From: Flavobacteriales bacterium
Lineage (GTDB): Bacteria > Bacteroidota > Bacteroidia > NS11-12g > UBA955
Reading direction: 5' to 3'
Assembly (NCBI GenBank): GCA_002737625.1
Contig: NSIB01000002.1
Location: forward strand, 1 to 49,257
DNA: 49,257 bases
Part shown: positions 17,950 to 27,727 of the stretch, piece after piece
Layout: each line of letters opens with the position of its first letter
How positions within the stretch are numbered: position 1 is the first letter of the stretch
Position numbers and translations under genes: made by a program
Notes under the pieces: generated by a model
The model's database searches: none
Seen by the model: the letters and a program-made list of their open reading frames with translations, nothing else
Told to the model about the DNA's origin: nothing

Positions 17950-19260
17950 TTAAAATTTACGTACAACCGTCATTCCAAAACCCGTAAGTACTTTACTGTA
18001 AGTACGCTTACCTGATTTATCATAGAAGGAATGCAACATCGCATTGGGCTCCAACACCAATGTCCATGCCGTTGTTAGGGCGAAACTCGGTCCAAATGCC
18101 AATTTCGCATCCATACACAACATTCTTTGTTCCAAAATCGGATGATATTCGGTTTTAGTGAAGTAATCACCAGTAGTTTTTGTTGTGATTCCAGGATTCA
18201 CTTGAGCTGCCAACCGCCATGCCACTTTGCCTAACATTAAATTGTATCGCATCGCCAAAGGCAAACTTACCTTGTCGATTTTATAATGGATTTCTCCAGT
18301 GGTAACCTTGGTGTCAATCACCTCAGTTGTATCATAAACTCTTACTGTTTGAACGGGAGGAATCATCACAACCAAATCGTATGAATCAATCAATGTCTTG
18401 CGTTCAGTTTGAGTCAGTTGCCATTCCCCGTTGCCTATCCACTCACCGTAACTGATTCCAGTACCCAACATAATTCCGTTGCCCATATCTCTCAAAATTA
18501 AACCTTGATAATTGGCATGGTACATGGTACCCAAAACACTCAACTCATTTTTATTATCGAAGTCAACAATCACTTTACTACCAGTGCTTGCACCCAATTC
18601 TCCATACCATTTTGAGCGATATCTACCTGGATCCCAAGCCTTTTCATATTCTCCCTCAGGAATTTCGATGAACTCTTCTTTCATCTGACTCATGCCTATC
18701 GAAACAGGATAAATGCCACGCGGATTGCAGAACATCAATTGACTCTCCGCATTTTGGATCATTTCGACCATTTTAGCCGCAGCTCCTTCTTCAACTATTT
18801 TAACTGGAGTAGTTAATAATGTTTGATCAGTATTAATCAAATCACCAACCAACGAGTTGATTGTACGAATTTGCGATTGGCCAACCAACGATTTTGATTG
18901 CAAAACGCCCCGCTGATTTGATGAAATGTCTACACTGGAAATCCCCGCGCCTTGAAGCGCCTCAGACTTCTTCTTTTGTTCCTTAACAAAGGACTTTTTA
19001 TTGGGCTTAACAACCACATTTTTCAATGCAACTTGTGGTAATTTAACCGCTGATTTAGAATCAGAAAGTAGCATATAACCCATTCCGGCAGACAAGAACA
19101 ATCCAGCAACTACAGCTACCGATGGCAACCAGAAGATTACGCGACGTTTCTTTTTCTCACGCTTCTTCATTACCGCCTCAAAAGTTACACGATCGTTAAA
19201 AGGCGATTCGAGATCTTGGAATTTATCTCTTAAAGTTTGGTTGAAACGATTTTCTTCCAT
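17950..19260 (-). CDS. ECF-sigma-associated membrane protein (putative anti-sigma/sensor) with a beta-rich C-terminal domain
   Basis: Starts 5 nt after the sigma gene stop. Charged N-terminus, one TM helix (VIFWLPSVAVVAGLFLSAGMGYMLL), a K/S/Q-rich linker, then a beta-strand-like alternating C-terminal ~250 aa ending VVRKF. Confidence 0.6.
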   Translation of the reverse strand: MEENRFNQTLRDKFQDLESPFNDRVTFEAVMKKREKKKRRVIFWLPSVAVVAGLFLSAGMGYMLLSDSKSAVKLPQVALKNVVVKPNKKSFVKEQKKKSEALQGAGISSVDISSNQRGVLQSKSLVGQSQIRTINSLVGDLINTDQTLLTTPVKIVEEGAAAKMVEMIQNAESQLMFCNPRGIYPVSIGMSQMKEEFIEIPEGEYEKAWDPGRYRSKWYGELGASTGSKVIVDFDNKNELSVLGTMYHANYQGLILRDMGNGIMLGTGISYGEWIGNGEWQLTQTERKTLIDSYDLVVMIPPVQTVRVYDTTEVIDTKVTTGEIHYKIDKVSLPLAMRYNLMLGKVAWRLAAQVNPGITTKTTGDYFTKTEYHPILEQRMLCMDAKLAFGPSFALTTAWTLVLEPNAMLHSFYDKSGKRTYSKVLTGFGMTVVRKF

Positions 19261-19265
19261 AACGA

Positions 19266-19802
19266 TTAGGCTTTTGCCCCTCCTTCCGATTTATCAATTT
19301 GAATCTGTAATGCTTTGCGGGCTTTTGCAAACTGTGAACGACTGGTTCCTTCATCGATGCCCAACATTTCACTTATGTCTTTGTGGGTATACCCTTCAAT
19401 CGCATACAAATTAAAAACGGTTCGATACCCTACCGGCAAAGCCTCAACCATTTTCAAAATGTGCTGAACCTGTAAATTATCAAATGCGTCATCTTTAAAA
19501 CCTATGCGATATTCATCATCAGAGATAGATGTCCAAATGTGCTTCCGTGCCCTGATTTTATTGATACATAAATTTACCGAAACCCTACGCATCCAAGTTT
19601 CCAATGAACTTTGGAACCGGAAATTCTTTAGGTTGTCGTATATTTTTACGTAGGCTTCCATGAGGGCGTCTTCAGCTTCTTCTTGGCTATTACAATATCG
19701 CAAACACAACGACATGAGTTTTTTTGAGTATCGATCCCAAAGTTCGCGCTGGCAAATTCGATCCTCGCGAATACATCCTTCTACCAGTTCTTTCTCCGTC
19801 AT
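19266..19802 (-). CDS. RNA polymerase ECF-type sigma-70 family factor
   Basis: Region 2 (LMSLCLRYCNSQEEAEDALMEAYVKIY) and region 4 HTH (GYTHKDISEMLGIDEGTSRSQFAKARKAL). 178 aa. Confidence 0.88.
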   Translation of the reverse strand: MTEKELVEGCIREDRICQRELWDRYSKKLMSLCLRYCNSQEEAEDALMEAYVKIYDNLKNFRFQSSLETWMRRVSVNLCINKIRARKHIWTSISDDEYRIGFKDDAFDNLQVQHILKMVEALPVGYRTVFNLYAIEGYTHKDISEMLGIDEGTSRSQFAKARKALQIQIDKSEGGAKA

Positions 19803-19958
19803 TCGATATCCATAAACACATTGTCAATTGCTTGATGCCCCCTTTAGACATATTAAAAATCTATTTCGTGGCTTGGCAATTACTTTTTTTATCGATGCGC
19901 AATATCGCAAAGTAAACCGTTGTTTTCCACAACCCTCGGGAGAAAATAATAAAATACA

Positions 19959-22900
19959 ATGGTTTCGATTTCGTTGATTTGTATGATGGTAAGGAATTGT
20001 TTGATGGCATTGCTATGTTTGGCAGGATTTAATCCCCTAGAAATACATGCGCAATCAAGAACAGATTTCCGAAATGGATTTTACCACAGTGCTGAAGGTC
20101 TTGCCTACGCTGAAAAACTTACAGCCTCGCTAACATTTAAGCAACAATTGGCTCAAACCCTCATGGTTCCAGCCTGGTCGAGAGAGGCACTGATCGACGA
20201 ACCCCTTGATTCGGCCAAGTTTCAAAAATCACTGTTGTATCAAATTAAAGCGTTGGGCGTTGGAGGCATCATTTTCTTCCAAGGCAACCCACTCAACGAG
20301 TTATATCAAACAAATTATTATCAGCAAGAATCTGCGATTCCATTATTGATTGGTATTGATGGTGAATGGGGTCCTTCGATGCGTTTAACAGGGATGGAAA
20401 AATATCCTTTCCAACTCACCCTAGGTGCGACACGAAACCGTCAATTGGCCTTTCAAATGGGACTTTCCATGGCGGAACAATGTAAAAGGTTGGGAATACA
20501 CATCAATTTCACCCCATCCGTTGATGTAAACATTGAACTCAATAACCCAATCATTGGTTTCAGAAGTTTTGGCTCAAATGCAAACGAGGTATCTAATATT
20601 GGGAGCGGATTAACGGAAGGCCTTCAAACAGGCGGAATACTTGCATCGGCAAAACACTTTCCAGGACATGGCGATACCAAAACGGATTCTCATTTGGATT
20701 TACCCGTTGTTTTAAAGAGTAAATCAGAGATCGAACAAGTCGACTTGCCGCCCTTTATCAAACAAATTAAGCAAGGAGTTGCTTCGGTGATGGTTGCCCA
20801 TTTGAGAATCCCCAGCATAGACACATCAAAATTGCCTTGCTCTATTTCTCCGTATTTTGTTAAACAATGGCTGCGCCAGGATTTAGGATTTCAAGGCTTA
20901 ATTATCACCGATGCCTTAAATATGAAGGGCGTGGCAAAAATGGGAAGCCCAGCTGATGTTGCTTTGTTGGCGCTCAAGGCCGGAAACGACATTATTCTTT
21001 TCCCAGAAGATGTTAGCGGATTTCTAGACTCCGCAGAAAAGGCCAAATCCAAAGGTGAAATCGACAGTGTGGAGATTGCTTCACGCGTAATCCGTTTAAT
21101 AGCAACTAAATACGACCTAGGCCTTTTCAACGACCGTTTTGTAAACCCAAATAATCTGCTGAGTGATTTAGAACAAATCAAAACCAAATTTAACAATTTA
21201 TACGGCCAAGAAGTAGCCGATGAATCGATGATTTATTGCCGTCATTCAAACATTGAGTGCGATGCAGGAAGAAGTCCTTTCAAACCCACATTTTTGGAAT
21301 GCGGTTCAACAAAAGACACCCTGCAACTAATAATAATTGGCGATAGCATTCCTTTTAGACTTCCAATTCAATTGCAGCAATTTAGATTGGGCACCGTTCT
21401 CACGACATTACTGCCGTGGAATGCCGATAGTACCCGCATCGACACCACATTGGGAAAACTGGAAAATGCCACACGACTCTTTGTAGGATTGGACTGGCCC
21501 ACTTGGAAATTAAAATCGCGGGCGATTCCCCAACCATGGATTCGTTTTATCATTGAAGAAAGGACCGGAATAATTGATTCAAAACAAAACAAAACAACGG
21601 AAGTCTATTCATTTTCGCCAAATACCAATTATTATATACATTTTGGACATCAGTATGCCCTACAACCCTTATTAAACGTTCACAATGACTGCAACATCGT
21701 CATTGCCCATGAATACAACCAATACACTTTAAATAGTGCATTAAGAATGGTATTTGGCAAATCGCACCATTACGGTGCAAACAACATTGGCCTTGCTCAT
21801 TTACAGGAGAACTGGAATACCGCTCAGCACACCAACTTAGACGATATCGATTATGCGCATGGAAATACGCATGGCTACGACCCAGATTTGCATGCGGTAC
21901 TAGACTCAATGATGCGCGAAGGATTGGCGAAAGACATGTTCCCATCGGCCCAATTGGTAGTGCTAAAAGACGGAAAAATTGCTGCAAATATTAATGTAGG
22001 AAGTATCAAAGACATGTTGGGCAACGAAATCCAAACCACCCAAGACCATGTGTATGATGTTGCTTCTATTACCAAAATCGCGGCAACCACTTTGGCTTTC
22101 ATGAAGCAATATGAGAACACCAAAGGATTCAATTTGGATGCAGCCCTTGGGAAAACTTGGCCTGATTTAGCCGTCCAAAACAAATCATTGTCTGCCGTTA
22201 CATTTCGCGAATTACTTACCCATCAAAGTGGTTTACCTGCTTTCCTACCCATGCAACAAAAGGCCATAAAGTTGGGTGCCATTTCGGTTGGATGCCAATT
22301 GCATGAAACCTTAAGCAACACATCGTCAATATTGCCTGGAGAAAACAGCAACAATGAAACACAGTTCGAAATTTCCATAGGACAGTGCTTGGAAAAACGA
22401 TGGTCTGATTCCGCTTGGAAATGGATATTGGCCACTCAACCATCCAATGACAAATCCTACGTTTACAGCGATTTAAACATGATATTGTTGGCAAAATGGA
22501 TCGAGCAAAAGAATCCTAAGCTATGGCGAGAGATGGTGAATGGTGATTTTTATCGATCGATTGGGATGAAAAATACGGGCTTCAAACCCTTAGAGTATGG
22601 CATTTCACCCAATAGAATTGCACCTACGTTGATTGATTCATTGTGGCCTAGAGGCGAAGTTCGCGGCATCGTTCACGACCCAAGTGCGATAATGCTTGGC
22701 GGTATCGCGGGAAATGCAGGACTTTTTTCCACGGCATTGGATATGGCAAAGCTCATGTATATATTGCAAAACCGAGGTCGTTCTACCAAAACTGGAACTT
22801 TTTTACTAAAACCCACAACGGTTGATTTATTCACCAAAACCCAATTGGGACCTACTAAAAAGGGGTATCGTGGGCTTGGATTCGATAAACCCAATGGGAA

Positions 22901-23123
22901 GGAAGGAAACAAAGCCAATGTATTTGATGGTGCACCCAACTCTTTGTTTGGTCATAGCGGTTATACAGGGACTTGGGCGTGGTGCGATCCAGCGAATGGA
23001 ATCACCTTTGTATTTTTATCGAACAGAACCTACCCTAGCGAATTGAATAAAAAAATCACACAGCAAGGGTTTCGAGGTGAATTGTTAAAAGCGGTTTACG
23101 AACGATTGGATTTGATAAAATAA
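19959..23123 (+). CDS. Fusion protein: GH3 beta-N-acetylhexosaminidase (NagZ-type) N-terminal half plus serine beta-lactamase-fold hydrolase C-terminal half
   Basis: Signal-like N-terminus. NagZ signature KHFPGHGDTKTDSHLDLP and LIITDAL. C-half has S-x-x-K (ASITK), YSD and HSGYTG motifs of the class-C beta-lactamase/AmpH-like family. Confidence 0.85.
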   Translation: MVSISLICMMVRNCLMALLCLAGFNPLEIHAQSRTDFRNGFYHSAEGLAYAEKLTASLTFKQQLAQTLMVPAWSREALIDEPLDSAKFQKSLLYQIKALGVGGIIFFQGNPLNELYQTNYYQQESAIPLLIGIDGEWGPSMRLTGMEKYPFQLTLGATRNRQLAFQMGLSMAEQCKRLGIHINFTPSVDVNIELNNPIIGFRSFGSNANEVSNIGSGLTEGLQTGGILASAKHFPGHGDTKTDSHLDLPVVLKSKSEIEQVDLPPFIKQIKQGVASVMVAHLRIPSIDTSKLPCSISPYFVKQWLRQDLGFQGLIITDALNMKGVAKMGSPADVALLALKAGNDIILFPEDVSGFLDSAEKAKSKGEIDSVEIASRVIRLIATKYDLGLFNDRFVNPNNLLSDLEQIKTKFNNLYGQEVADESMIYCRHSNIECDAGRSPFKPTFLECGSTKDTLQLIIIGDSIPFRLPIQLQQFRLGTVLTTLLPWNADSTRIDTTLGKLENATRLFVGLDWPTWKLKSRAIPQPWIRFIIEERTGIIDSKQNKTTEVYSFSPNTNYYIHFGHQYALQPLLNVHNDCNIVIAHEYNQYTLNSALRMVFGKSHHYGANNIGLAHLQENWNTAQHTNLDDIDYAHGNTHGYDPDLHAVLDSMMREGLAKDMFPSAQLVVLKDGKIAANINVGSIKDMLGNEIQTTQDHVYDVASITKIAATTLAFMKQYENTKGFNLDAALGKTWPDLAVQNKSLSAVTFRELLTHQSGLPAFLPMQQKAIKLGAISVGCQLHETLSNTSSILPGENSNNETQFEISIGQCLEKRWSDSAWKWILATQPSNDKSYVYSDLNMILLAKWIEQKNPKLWREMVNGDFYRSIGMKNTGFKPLEYGISPNRIAPTLIDSLWPRGEVRGIVHDPSAIMLGGIAGNAGLFSTALDMAKLMYILQNRGRSTKTGTFLLKPTTVDLFTKTQLGPTKKGYRGLGFDKPNGKEGNKANVFDGAPNSLFGHSGYTGTWAWCDPANGITFVFLSNRTYPSELNKKITQQGFRGELLKAVYERLDLIK

Positions 23124-24445
23124 TTCATATCCAAACCCGATAAATTACCGCTACTCATCAATAGTAGAACTACCGGATGATCTGTTTTCATTGCATCAGT
23201 GAGCCACAACTTCAATTCATCCAAACGATTGATTGCCTTTCCCTTACCGAAACGCAGCTCCACGGTTTCTGTGGTTGGAACCTCCATCCGTTTGAGTTCA
23301 AAAACATGGGGATCGAATAGAATACAAACATCATCAGCGGGATTCAATGTGCCTTTGTATCTGCCCATAAATTCTGGGTTAAGGCTACTGTAGGTATGCA
23401 CTTCGAACACTGCAATAAATTTATGGTTTGGGAATTGCTCGCGGACTGCAAATACGGAAGCTTCCACTTTTGACGGCGCGTGTGCAAAATCGCGGATGAC
23501 CGTCAGTTTCTCTGTTTCAACGATGGGTTCTAAGCGTTTGGCGGTTCCGGGGAAGGTTCCCAAGGCCGACCAAGACTCGGCTTCTGTGATACCGATAATT
23601 GCTGCTATTTTCACCACCCCCGCCGCATTCTGCAGATTATGTCGGCCATAAAATGGCAATCTATACACCTGATTATTCACTGTCACTTCTGTCCCGCCCT
23701 TCACATTTTGATACTGGGGCGCATCGTAACTTTCTTGTTGAGGAAATCCACTTTTATCCACGATGTTTTGCAACGCGGAATCGCCGTTGAACCAGAATAG
23801 ATGTCCGCCAGGCTGAAGCGTATCGATCAATAAGGAAAACTGGTTGTGGTAAATTTCTTCGGTAGGAAAAACATTCACGTGATCCCAAGCGATGCCGGTG
23901 ATCATGGCGGCATGGGCTTTATAGTGAACAAATTTAGGACGCAAATCGAGGGGGGATGTAAGATATTCATCGCCTTCTATTACTATTAACGGGGCATCAG
24001 ACAATTTTACCATGCGTTCAAAACCCGGCAATTGAGAACCCACCAGATAATCGAAATCGCGGTAGGATTTAAGAATGTGCATCAGCATCCCCGTGCATGT
24101 GGTTTTTCCGTGGCTTCCGGCCATCACCAATCGGGTTTTATTTCTGCTGTGATGGTAGATAAACTCGGGGAAGCTATAGGTGGGAATGCCGAGATCTATG
24201 GCACGCAAAAGCTCAGGATTGTCTAGTTTGGCATGCATACCAACAATTACACCATCCAGGTCCGGTGTGATTTTTTCTGGAAACCAACCGTGCGCTTCTG
24301 GAAGTAATCCTGCGTCCATCAAACGAGATTTCGCCGGCTCAAAAATCTCATCATCGCTTCCTGTTACCTCATGTTTGTTATGTTGTAGCTCTAGAGCCAA
24401 GTTGTGCATCACTGCCCCACCGATCGCAATAAAATGATAATTCAT
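23096..24445 (-). CDS. mpl: UDP-N-acetylmuramate:L-alanyl-gamma-D-glutamyl-meso-diaminopimelate ligase
   Basis: ORF to 24487 from a TTG; the ATG at 24445 gives MNYHFIAIGGAVMHNLA, typical of Mpl. Mur-ligase P-loop MAGSHGKTT. Confidence 0.88.
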   Translation of the reverse strand: MNYHFIAIGGAVMHNLALELQHNKHEVTGSDDEIFEPAKSRLMDAGLLPEAHGWFPEKITPDLDGVIVGMHAKLDNPELLRAIDLGIPTYSFPEFIYHHSRNKTRLVMAGSHGKTTCTGMLMHILKSYRDFDYLVGSQLPGFERMVKLSDAPLIVIEGDEYLTSPLDLRPKFVHYKAHAAMITGIAWDHVNVFPTEEIYHNQFSLLIDTLQPGGHLFWFNGDSALQNIVDKSGFPQQESYDAPQYQNVKGGTEVTVNNQVYRLPFYGRHNLQNAAGVVKIAAIIGITEAESWSALGTFPGTAKRLEPIVETEKLTVIRDFAHAPSKVEASVFAVREQFPNHKFIAVFEVHTYSSLNPEFMGRYKGTLNPADDVCILFDPHVFELKRMEVPTTETVELRFGKGKAINRLDELKLWLTDAMKTDHPVVLLLMSSGNLSGLDMNYFIKSNRS

Positions 24446-24508
24446 GTCTTCAAAGAACGAAACTACCAACTTGGGGACTTCTTTCAAACAAAGCCGAGGA
24501 AAATTTGC

Positions 24509-24516
24509 TATTTTTG
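24509..24516 (+). promoter_or_regulatory. Candidate -7 promoter box TATTTTTG for etfBA
   Basis: Exact TAnnTTTG match, 21 nt upstream of the etfB ATG. Confidence 0.4.
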
Positions 24517-24537
24517 TAGAATATTTAATAGACCGGA

Positions 24538-25269
24538 ATGAAAATCCTTGCTTGCATCAGTGTGGTTCCGGATACCACTACAAAAATCACTTTCACCGAA
24601 AACAATACGCAGTTTAATACTGCCGGTGTTCAGTACATTTTAAATCCTTACGACGAATTGGCGGTTACCCGCGGATTAGAAATTGCCGAAGCCAATGGCG
24701 GCACGTTAACCATTGTACATGTGGGCAAAGCGGAAGCCGAGCCAGTGATTCGAAAAGCCTTGAGTATGGGGGCCAACGAAGCCATTCGAATTGATGCAGA
24801 CCCAACCGATGCGCAATATGTAGCGGAGGAGATTGCAAAAATTGCGGTGGGTTATAATTTGATATTAACAGGCCGGGAGAGCATCGACTATAACGGCGGT
24901 GTGGTATGTGGCATGTTGGGATCGTTGTTGGGAATCACTTCGATTAATGTGGTAACTCGCATTGATTATGCAGATGGCAAATTCTCATTTGACCGCGACA
25001 TTGATGGCGGCAGAGAGACGGTTAGTTGCGCTGGACCTTGTGTAGCGAGTGCTCAGAAGGAATTGTGCGAACCTAGAATTCCGAATATGCGTGGCATTAT
25101 GGCTGCGCGGACAAAGCCTTTGCAGGTTTTAGCACCTCAGGCCGCAGCAAATTATACCAATTACGCATCCTACGAATTGCCGGTGGCAAAAACGGGTGTA
25201 CGCTTGATTGATGCGAGTGAAGCGGGAAAACTCATCGATATTTTAAGAAACGAAGCCAAAGTCATTTAA
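24538..25269 (+). CDS. etfB: Electron transfer flavoprotein beta subunit
   Basis: MKILACISVVPDTTTKI...NPYDELA...RESIDYNGG is typical of EtfB. Followed by etfA after 1 nt. Confidence 0.92.
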   Translation: MKILACISVVPDTTTKITFTENNTQFNTAGVQYILNPYDELAVTRGLEIAEANGGTLTIVHVGKAEAEPVIRKALSMGANEAIRIDADPTDAQYVAEEIAKIAVGYNLILTGRESIDYNGGVVCGMLGSLLGITSINVVTRIDYADGKFSFDRDIDGGRETVSCAGPCVASAQKELCEPRIPNMRGIMAARTKPLQVLAPQAAANYTNYASYELPVAKTGVRLIDASEAGKLIDILRNEAKVI

Positions 25270-25270
25270 T

Positions 25271-26212
25271 ATGTCAGTCTTAGTATTTGCTGAAATCAGC
25301 GACGGAAAATTCAAGAAGGCCACTTACGAGGCGGTATCTTACGGCAGGCAGGTTGCCGATATGTTAGAAACCAAGGTTGTTGCGATTGCCATTGGCAATG
25401 GCGCGGATGCTTCGGAGTTGGGGGAATATGGTGCACATGTTGTGAAGACGATCAATACATCGGATTCATTCACGGCCGACGCGTATGCGGCGGCGGTGAA
25501 TGCGAGCGCGAACGAAGTGAGCGCGAGCACTGTGATTATCAGCAACACCTACACCGGAAAATCTCTTGCCCCTCGCCTAGCCCAATTGATGGGCGCATCT
25601 TTGGCTACCAACGTAGTAAGTCTGCCCGATACAAGTAACGGATTCCAAGTAAAACGCAGCGTATTTTCAGGAAAAGCTTTCGCTTTTGTGAATCTACAAC
25701 GCGATAAAAAAGTCATTGCAATCACCCCAAACTCATTTGAAATCAAATCGTTTGGTGATACTGCTGTTATAGAAGCGGCATCAACAAATGTGGGTTCAAC
25801 TGGGTTAACCATTGATGCGGTAAACAAAGTAACAGGCAAAATTCCATTAACCGAAGCCGAAGTTGTGGTGAGTGGCGGTCGTGGAATGAAAGGCCCAGAA
25901 AATTGGCATTTAATTGAGGATTTGGCAAGCGCATTGGGTGCAGCCACTGCGTGCTCTAAGCCCGTGAGCGACATGGATTGGAGACCCCACAGTGAACACG
26001 TAGGTCAGACCGGTATCACCATCAAACCAAACTTGTATATCGCCATAGGAATCTCTGGTGCCATTCAACATTTGGCGGGTGTTAGCTCTTCTAAAGTGAT
26101 TGTTGCCATCAACAAAGACCCTGAAGCCCCATTCTTTAAAGCCGCCGATTATGGTATCGTAGGCGATGCGTTTGAAATATTGCCTCAACTGATTGCGGCA
26201 GCCAAAAACTAA
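25271..26212 (+). CDS. etfA: Electron transfer flavoprotein alpha subunit
   Basis: C-terminal FAD-binding signature VVSGGRGM...QVGQTG..IKPNLYIAIGISGAIQHLAG...IVAINKD. Confidence 0.93.
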   Translation: MSVLVFAEISDGKFKKATYEAVSYGRQVADMLETKVVAIAIGNGADASELGEYGAHVVKTINTSDSFTADAYAAAVNASANEVSASTVIISNTYTGKSLAPRLAQLMGASLATNVVSLPDTSNGFQVKRSVFSGKAFAFVNLQRDKKVIAITPNSFEIKSFGDTAVIEAASTNVGSTGLTIDAVNKVTGKIPLTEAEVVVSGGRGMKGPENWHLIEDLASALGAATACSKPVSDMDWRPHSEHVGQTGITIKPNLYIAIGISGAIQHLAGVSSSKVIVAINKDPEAPFFKAADYGIVGDAFEILPQLIAAAKN

Positions 26213-26228
26213 TTAAAGAATCAAATCA

Positions 26229-26843
26229 ATGAGCGCCCGCGTAGAAATGGTAATTCGGAACATCGTTCCTGCCCATTCCCACGGAGCTTATACGCTTTAT
26301 CTAAAAGAACTTAACGGGAATCGTATTCTGCCCATCATCATTGGTGGATTTGAAGCACAAGCCATTTCGATGGAACTGGAAGGGATGAAACCGAGTAGAC
26401 CACTGACCCACGATTTATTTACTTCTGCCCTCAAAGAGTTTGATATTACCGTTACAGAAATTAATATTGAACGGCTTGAAGAAGGCATTTACTTTGCTGG
26501 AATTACCTGCCTTTGTGTAAATGATGAGACCAGTAAATTGGTGGTTTTAGATGCACGCACCAGCGATGCCATTGCCCTTGGTATCAAATTTAGAGCGCCT
26601 ATATTCTGTATGGAATCTATATTGGTGGAAGCCGCTTACAGTGACGAACACATGGACGACGATATTGAATTACCCGGTCAACAAATCGATGACCTCGTTG
26701 AACCCAAAGAGAAAATATCAGTCCCTAGTGGATACGCCAAGTTATCGTTAGAAGAGCTCGAGCATATGCTGGATGAGGCAATCAACGATGAGGATTATGC
26801 CAAAGCCGCCAAAATTCGCGATGAGTTAAAACGCCGAAATTAA
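26229..26843 (+). CDS. Bifunctional nuclease (DUF151/BFN) family protein with C-terminal UVR motif
   Basis: LPIIIGGFEAQAI...RPLTHDL core of the BFN family. C-terminal DEDYAKAAKIRDELKRR is a UvrB/C-type motif. Confidence 0.75.
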   Translation: MSARVEMVIRNIVPAHSHGAYTLYLKELNGNRILPIIIGGFEAQAISMELEGMKPSRPLTHDLFTSALKEFDITVTEINIERLEEGIYFAGITCLCVNDETSKLVVLDARTSDAIALGIKFRAPIFCMESILVEAAYSDEHMDDDIELPGQQIDDLVEPKEKISVPSGYAKLSLEELEHMLDEAINDEDYAKAAKIRDELKRRN

Positions 26844-26889
26844 TTATTCCTTCATAACAAACCAATAATTTCGAATTTGATATTTTTCT

Positions 26890-27726
26890 ATGGCAATTTA
26901 CATCATCAACAATAATCTTATAGAGGAACACGCTCCCTTTTTTTCACCCAAAAGTCGCAGCTATCGCTACGGCGATGGTTTCTTTGAAAGCTGTAAACTT
27001 TCCGACAGCCGAATTCTTCAACTTCCCTTGCATGCGGATAGAATCAGAAAATCAGCGCTCTTGCTCAAGTTGAACCTACCCAACTGGTGGGATGAAATTT
27101 CATGGGAAACATCGGTCCTTAAAGCTTGTAAGGATGCCAAAATTACTTCTGCAAGAATCCGTTTAACGATTTTTAGAGATTCGGACGGTTTATATACGCC
27201 CACCGATTCCAATGTATGTCTAGTCACCGAAATCAACGAAGAAACAGGAATCGGCCCCTATCAATGGAATGAAACTGGCTTAAATATTGGCACTTACAAA
27301 GAATTGGTTAAAAATAGCAATTACACCTCAACATTAAAGACCTGTTCAGCGCTCATTTACACCCTGGCTGGAATCTACGCAAAAGAGCATGGACTAGACG
27401 ATGTCGTGATTTTTAATGAATACGGACGACCCTGCGAAAGTGTATCATCCAACATTTTTGTTGTAAAAGGTGAATTCTTACTTACCCCACCCATTTCAGA
27501 GTACTGCATTGATGGCGTCATGCGCAAAGTGATTATGCAATTGGCTGATGCTTACGGTTACTCGTTGCAAGAACGACCGATCAGCGAAATTGACCTCAGT
27601 GCTTCCGAAGAAATATTTACCACATCCGCTACACGAGGAATCTCATGGGTAGCAGATTATCAAGGAAAAAAACTGAAAAACACTGTTTCCAGGGTATTAT
27701 TTGAGCAACTCGTTAAATCGATTTGA
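26890..27726 (+). CDS. Aminotransferase class IV family protein (aminodeoxychorismate lyase-like)
   Basis: YRYGDGFFES near the N-terminus, LKT Lys context, SNIFVVKG and FTTSATRGI motifs of the class IV fold. 278 aa. Confidence 0.7.
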   Translation: MAIYIINNNLIEEHAPFFSPKSRSYRYGDGFFESCKLSDSRILQLPLHADRIRKSALLLKLNLPNWWDEISWETSVLKACKDAKITSARIRLTIFRDSDGLYTPTDSNVCLVTEINEETGIGPYQWNETGLNIGTYKELVKNSNYTSTLKTCSALIYTLAGIYAKEHGLDDVVIFNEYGRPCESVSSNIFVVKGEFLLTPPISEYCIDGVMRKVIMQLADAYGYSLQERPISEIDLSASEEIFTTSATRGISWVADYQGKKLKNTVSRVLFEQLVKSI

Positions 27727-27727
27727 T

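Noticed and set aside
19803-19958. Search for an ECF-type promoter (GGAAC-N16/17-CGT-like) in the sigma/NagZ-fusion divergent spacer
   Set aside because: I found only a loose GGAAAAC...CGAT candidate on the minus strand with a ~14-nt spacer, and a 5-5-5 hairpin gttgt-tttcc-acaac (19919-19933). Neither is convincing without a known consensus for this ECF group.
25339-26188. Long antisense ORFs (69-141 aa) opposite etfA
   Set aside because: They lie entirely inside a confidently identified, GC-richer gene. They have no recognisable motifs or start context, and their Ala/Ser/Thr/Pro-rich composition is typical of shadow ORFs.
26229-26843. Bifunctional nuclease (DUF151) as a defence-system component
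   Set aside because: It is a single gene immediately after etfBA in a housekeeping context, with no partner genes of unknown function and no signs of an island.
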